Shown piece by piece: positions 59,523 to 64,000 of a DNA stretch of 64,000 bases. This DNA is from an uncultured Bacillota bacterium. GTDB lineage: Bacteria; Sysuimicrobiota; Sysuimicrobiia; Sysuimicrobiales; Segetimicrobiaceae. Each line of letters starts with the position of its first letter. The stretch's first letter is position 1. The stretch spans positions 384,001 through 448,000 of the forward strand of contig CAWDRG010000015.1 in assembly GCA_963804645.1 (NCBI GenBank), in the 5' to 3' direction. Below the pieces are notes generated by a model. It made no database searches, was not told where the DNA came from, and saw only the letters and a list, made by a program, of their open reading frames with translations. Both the position numbers and the translations under genes were made by a program.

Positions 59523-59929
59523 GACTGGCATACCTCGTCGACACCGATTGGGCCGTTTGGTGGATGCGCGGCCGGTCCGAAGTGATCGCGCTTCTTACCC
59601 CAAAGGAGCGCGATGGGCTCGCGATCAGCGTCGTGACCCTGGCGGAGCTTTACGAGGGGATCGAAAGCACGAGGGACCCCAGCGCGGCCCGGCCTGTGCT
59701 GGATGACTTCCTGAAGCTCGTGACGGTCATTCCTTTCTCAGAGAAAGTGGCAGCGCGTTTCGGGGTAGAATCGGCCAGGCTGCGACGTCTGGGGCAACCT
59801 CTTCCTGACTTCGATCTTGTCATTGCGGTGACGGCCATGCAGCACGCGCTTACCCTGCTGACAGAGGACCGCCACTTCGAGCGGTTCCCGAACCTTGTCA
59901 TTGAATCGATGTACGGGACCGGTCGTTGA
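59519..59929 (+). CDS. vapC: VapC-family PIN domain toxin
   Basis: YLVDTD, VTLAELY.G, DFDLVIA.TA and LLTED.HF. Confidence 0.9.
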   Translation: MRLAYLVDTDWAVWWMRGRSEVIALLTPKERDGLAISVVTLAELYEGIESTRDPSAARPVLDDFLKLVTVIPFSEKVAARFGVESARLRRLGQPLPDFDLVIAVTAMQHALTLLTEDRHFERFPNLVIESMYGTGR

Positions 59930-60115
59930 AGGCGAGAGTGAAAGGGTATGCGCTGTGCCGGTCGCTTGCCCGCCAGTCTTTTCGCGACCCGCTTCCTAGG
60001 CCGATGAGCCACTCGCCAATCTCCATAAATAACATCAAACAACATCGCCCCGTATAGTGGTCGGGGTCCGGCCGGTCAAGGGCGCGATATGATGAACTTG
60101 GTCGTCCAGAACGCA

Positions 60116-60247
60116 ATGGCAAAACCGGAACTCCCAGCCACGATTCGCATCGTCCGTGAAGGCGATGCGTTGATCGCGTACGCCACGGAGCTTGACGTTG
60201 ACCTACCAGGAGAAGATCGGGCCACTGGGCTTGGCCTTTCACTGTGA
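60116..60247 (+). pseudogene. Possible HicB-like antitoxin N-terminal fragment
   Basis: Hand translation: MAKPELPATIRIVREGDALIAYATELDV. The resemblance is lost after that point. Confidence 0.3.
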
Positions 60248-60383
60248 TGGCGCTCAGTAGCCAAGATGCTCCCTCAAGCGACCTCAGGGCGCGGTAGGAA
60301 GTCGACTGCCCTGTGGTCAGCTGGCTCGCCAGCGTCCGCGTAATCGTGAGACGGTTTGAGCCATTACTTCGAGACGTTCCGCG

Positions 60384-62333
60384 TCATGTGGCATCAAGCA
60401 GCTCCGTGAGCGCCGCCCGCAGGTCGACCGGGACCACAGCGACTCGTGCGCGTTTGGCTTCTACCGCTGCCCGGCCGACGAAGACCAGGCTGGCGAGTCG
60501 CAGGCGACCCAGCGAGCTTGCCGGCGGGTCGTCGCCCCAGAAGTAGCCGTCGTCCTCGTCGCTGCCGAACCGGCGGGTGATTGTTCCCACTCGCGCCCAC
60601 CCGCCCCGCTGCAAGAGCAGCCTGAGCAGCATTTTGCCCTGGCCGTCGTGGTCCAAACCGGCCAGTACACGTAGGGCCGCCGCGGGGTCGCTCACAATGA
60701 CGCGGGCGACCTGACGGGCTCGGTCGCGACGGAGGCGGGCAGGCGATCGGACGGAGTAGAGTCTGCAGGCAGCGTCCAGCCACTCGGCCGGAATTCGGTC
60801 GAGCGCGCGCGGCAGAGTGAGCGTCTGCGGTGAGATGGGACGCTCGTCGACCTGCCGGCGGTACTCCTCTTCGGCCCGCTCCATGAGGTACTCCGGCAGC
60901 AAATGGGGCTCCAGGCGGTCGGTCATCGCCGTCAGTTTCTCGGCCAGCCCCGGCGGCAGGTCGTCGGTATCGATGGCTTCGAGATGCCGCCGCGCAGTCG
61001 TATAATCGCCCTCTTCGGTACACACGCCGGCCAAATTGAACAGGACCACTGGATGGTCGGGGAGCACCCCCTGCAGCAGTTCGAGAAGACTCCGTGCTTC
61101 CTTGCGTTCGCCCTGCGTTCGCAGGATGTTGGCATATGCCACTGCGGCGGCGGCGTAGAGCCGGTCGCCATGGACCAGTGGCTCCAGAATCCGGCGTGCG
61201 TCACGCAGCCGGCCGGCGTCGCGGTGCGCGAGCGCCTCGCGATAGCGCGCCTCCAATTCCGGGTCCGGCTCCGTCACGAGTTCCACCCGCTTGAGGGCCA
61301 CCTGCATGGAGCGGCCTTCGATCAGCATCGTGACGGGCGCGTCAATGGCGATGGCGCCGGATCTGTGCAGACCTTCGAGGGCGGCCATTTTCCACGGCGT
61401 CGGCGCGCGCGAAGCGGCGAACAGCGAGTGCGCCAAGCGCTCGCCCCATTCGCCACCGCCGCCGACCAGCGCACCAATCATGGCCGCCCTGCTCTCGACC
61501 GTCGATCCGGCCATCGGGGCATCCGGGACGAAGAGGTTGTAGAGCAGCACGAGAAGGTTCGCCGGGTCCGCGATGATCCGAGCCGCCACGTCCTCGGGCG
61601 GTGCCGAGTTGACGTCCCCGACCGCCCGCGAAAAATCCTCCTCGCTGGGCGTGGCATACGGAAGGCGGAACGGCGGTACCATTCCGAGGTCGCACAGCTC
61701 GGCGACCCCGGCGTACGCCTCGAGCATCCGCCACTTTGGGTGACGGACTCGCCGCCAGACTCGCCCGGCCTGCTCGAACCTGCCGAGGTTGAAGAGCGCG
61801 GTGCCGGCAAAGAAGCCGCACAAGGGAAGGACATGCCACTGCTGCCACCGCTGAAAGAGCGTCCATACCTGCCGGTCGTCGCCGATGTCGCCGGCCGCCT
61901 GGAGAATGATGGCGGTGTACTCGGCCACATTCACGAGCTCGCTGCCCAGCTGGCCGCCGAATCCCTCGACGACGTCTTCGAAATGGCGGATCGCGGCATC
62001 CAGGTGGTGACGGGCGAGGGCCGCAAAACCGAGGCTGGAGTGACAGCGCGCCGCGAGCGCATGCGCGTACGGCTGCGGGGCCGAATCCTCGAGGTTGGGG
62101 GCGAGGGTCTCGAGCGCTGCGGTAGGGTCGTTCCGATGTTCGAGTTGGATCAGCGCGAGGTTGTTGAGGGCAGCCGGTACGGCGCACGCTTCGACGGCCT
62201 TCTCGAAATACTCGGCGGCCTTCGCCAGATCTCCGCTCGCGGCGAAGCCGCGGCCCTCGTCAAGCAGGCGCTCGGCCTCGGCCACCGCGTTCACGTCGTG
62301 CAGGCCGTCCTCGAATCCAAGGTGCCCTTGCAC
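60384..62333 (-). CDS. Tetratricopeptide-repeat protein
   Basis: TPR-like A..YFEKA...ALNNLA and P.HP.VLFNLA. RBS GGGAGG before GTG 62333. Confidence 0.75.
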   Translation of the reverse strand: MQGHLGFEDGLHDVNAVAEAERLLDEGRGFAASGDLAKAAEYFEKAVEACAVPAALNNLALIQLEHRNDPTAALETLAPNLEDSAPQPYAHALAARCHSSLGFAALARHHLDAAIRHFEDVVEGFGGQLGSELVNVAEYTAIILQAAGDIGDDRQVWTLFQRWQQWHVLPLCGFFAGTALFNLGRFEQAGRVWRRVRHPKWRMLEAYAGVAELCDLGMVPPFRLPYATPSEEDFSRAVGDVNSAPPEDVAARIIADPANLLVLLYNLFVPDAPMAGSTVESRAAMIGALVGGGGEWGERLAHSLFAASRAPTPWKMAALEGLHRSGAIAIDAPVTMLIEGRSMQVALKRVELVTEPDPELEARYREALAHRDAGRLRDARRILEPLVHGDRLYAAAAVAYANILRTQGERKEARSLLELLQGVLPDHPVVLFNLAGVCTEEGDYTTARRHLEAIDTDDLPPGLAEKLTAMTDRLEPHLLPEYLMERAEEEYRRQVDERPISPQTLTLPRALDRIPAEWLDAACRLYSVRSPARLRRDRARQVARVIVSDPAAALRVLAGLDHDGQGKMLLRLLLQRGGWARVGTITRRFGSDEDDGYFWGDDPPASSLGRLRLASLVFVGRAAVEAKRARVAVVPVDLRAALTELLDAT

Positions 62334-62653
62334 GGTGAGGCCTCCCAGGAACGCATGTGTCGCGCTTTTGCGGCGGTTCTGTGGATTACCTTGTGGGCAA
62401 CCGGTGAGTTGCAGATATCGCCGTGTCCAATGCTGTTGGGCACCTGTGACGCATGCGCGCGCTCGGGTCGTTGGCGGTTCTTCCCCTCTTGGGCAGCGCG
62501 CGGGTGGGCAGTGTGAGTATCGCGCTGGTGTGCTCAACGAATAGGGGCTTTCCCCAATCGTGAGCATTACGCCTTCGTGTCCCCCGCGAATCGTCGCGCG
62601 ACATCGCTCATCGGAGTCCTCGGCGTGCCAGCGAAGTAGCCTCTTTTCGTCGG

Positions 62654-62945
62654 TCAGTCCAGCCTGTATTCCCAGTAGGGACGCCAGTGGAACGGTGTTT
62701 GGATTACTTCGGGGAGCGCCTTTCCTTCGAGCAGGACCTGAAGGCTCCACTTCGTCGCGCGGTGGCCAATGATCAACGGCCGGCACGTGGAACCACTGTC
62801 TTTGATCTCCCGCAGGAACGCCTCCACCATGGCCACCCGCTGCTGGTAGCTTTCGCCGTTCGGGAATGGCACCACGATGTGCCTAATTCGAAGCGGCTCA
62901 ATATCGTCAACCCTCATGCCGGCGCAATCGCCATAGTGGAAGCAG
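62654..62945 (-). pseudogene. Histidine phosphatase family C-terminal fragment
   Basis: YGD..G...FPNGESY...V..FL...LIIGH. No N-terminal RHG/RHA motif in frame. Confidence 0.55.
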
Positions 62946-63394
62946 CTGGTGGAGGCCTCCGGGAAAACCCAGAAGGTCATCGCCAAGACGGCCCAAGTGC
63001 CGGAGCCGAATCTCACCAAGATAAGCGTGGGGAGATAGTACCGACTCTCGACACGATTGCGCGCTTGACGCGAGCGGCACTTGGGGCCGGTTTGGAGGTT
63101 CGCGTTGTGCGGCCGAGATCCCCAAGGAGGAAGGTCGGTAAGGTTGACCCGATTGTGCTGAACGCGTAGCCACGGAAGATACCCATCCGTCCCGTGCCGC
63201 TGCTGGCCACCCAGGAGAGTGTGGTGGGAGGAGTTGGGCGGTCGGAGGAGTGCATCGCCTAAGATCCGGAGACACCTCCGTATCGGCGGTCTCCTGGAAT
63301 TAGACAAATGGTATGCGGCGAATTATACTGTTTGTGTGCACAATTTTAGAACGATGATATGCGCTAACCTATCCAAAATATATGCAGGAGTTTC

Positions 63395-63769
63395 ATGGTG
63401 ACTAAATCGAGGGGTACACGGCTTCCTTCCTCGCAGAGCCCCCGCGAAGTCGGCGTGTCCTGGTGGCGGCGTAGTGCTGAGAACCAGCGTTACGTCGTAG
63501 CATCCAGTGAACAGCCCGGTGGTGCAGCGAGTCGGTTTCTCCGTCAAGAAGGATATGTGGTTGAGGTTGCTGGCGGCAAGGTGTGGATCCTAAAGACGCC
63601 CGATCGGGACGACGTTCGAGAGCTGTGTCTCGCTAACTACTGGTCCATCGTTCGGCTGATACTAGAGCAATACGTGCCGGCGATCGTCAACCGCTGCCAG
63701 TACGTCCTCAACGGGCGCAGATCCAAGCACCGAGATGAGAATTGCGCCACCCGCGGCGTGACGTGTTGA
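63395..63769 (+). CDS. Hypothetical protein, possibly a truncated N-terminus of a Fic-associated protein
   Basis: RBS AGGAG. Protein-like composition up to about residue 98, then an apparent breakdown. Confidence 0.35.
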   Translation: MVTKSRGTRLPSSQSPREVGVSWWRRSAENQRYVVASSEQPGGAASRFLRQEGYVVEVAGGKVWILKTPDRDDVRELCLANYWSIVRLILEQYVPAIVNRCQYVLNGRRSKHRDENCATRGVTC

Positions 63770-64000
63770 TCGCGGGGAAGAAGGACAAACTGCCTCACTT
63801 CACGTGCAGTCTTTCGCAACAGCCGACGTCATTTGTGCACTTTTGGGAGCACACCGTTGGGAGTGGACATGCCCCGCTCGCGTTGCGCGCTGATTGGCAA
63901 CGGCAACTGCTCCGCTGCCACACCGAATTGGGATTTCGTTACGTGCGCTTTCACGCGCTTCTGTCGGACGAAATGGGCACCCTCGTCGATGAAAACAATA

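Larger units (their letters stand above)
57438..64000. mobile_element. Degenerate integrative element/genomic island at tRNA-Ala; right boundary not seen
   Basis: A recombinase remnant abuts the tRNA 3' end, followed by an excisionase-like HTH, a toxin-antitoxin pair, gene fragments and lower-GC stretches. Confidence 0.65.

Noticed and set aside
62380..62400. DnaA-box-like pair (TGTGGATTA, TGTGGGCAA)
   Set aside because: Only two mismatched boxes, with no AT-rich unwinding element or origin-associated genes.

Overview
High-GC bacterial window in three parts. (1) 1-9.6 kb is a mobile-element pile-up. It starts with the 3' part of an rve/DDE insertion sequence whose terminal region is interrupted by a group II intron (636-~4650). 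That intron's RT gene is itself interrupted, in frame-restorable fashion, by a second group II intron (2252-4318), forming a twintron. Then come a secreted protein, an internally deleted IS1380 element with a CTAA duplication, and a 5'-truncated IS1595-type element. The IS1595 element carries a DUF3800 gene, a hypothetical gene and a structured non-coding segment between two face-to-face sigma70 promoters. (2) 9.8-57.2 kb is chromosomal, mostly catabolic. It holds an N-heterocycle/amide-type cluster (NitT/TauT ABC, amidohydrolases, Mo-hydroxylase, UbiD), a CsoR/CstR-like operon with its operator, a sugar ABC cluster with two BNR proteins, three M20 peptidases, an ABC exporter pair and housekeeping genes. 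It ends in tRNA-Ala(CGC). (3) 57.4-64 kb is a decayed element integrated at the tRNA. It has a serine recombinase remnant, an excisionase-like HTH, a divergent leaderless 54-aa zinc-ribbon gene missing from the ORF track, an AF2212-like/VapC toxin-antitoxin pair, a TPR protein and gene fragments. About ten single-base frameshifts in otherwise intact genes suggest long-read indel errors. All product calls come from motif recognition by eye; no searches were run.
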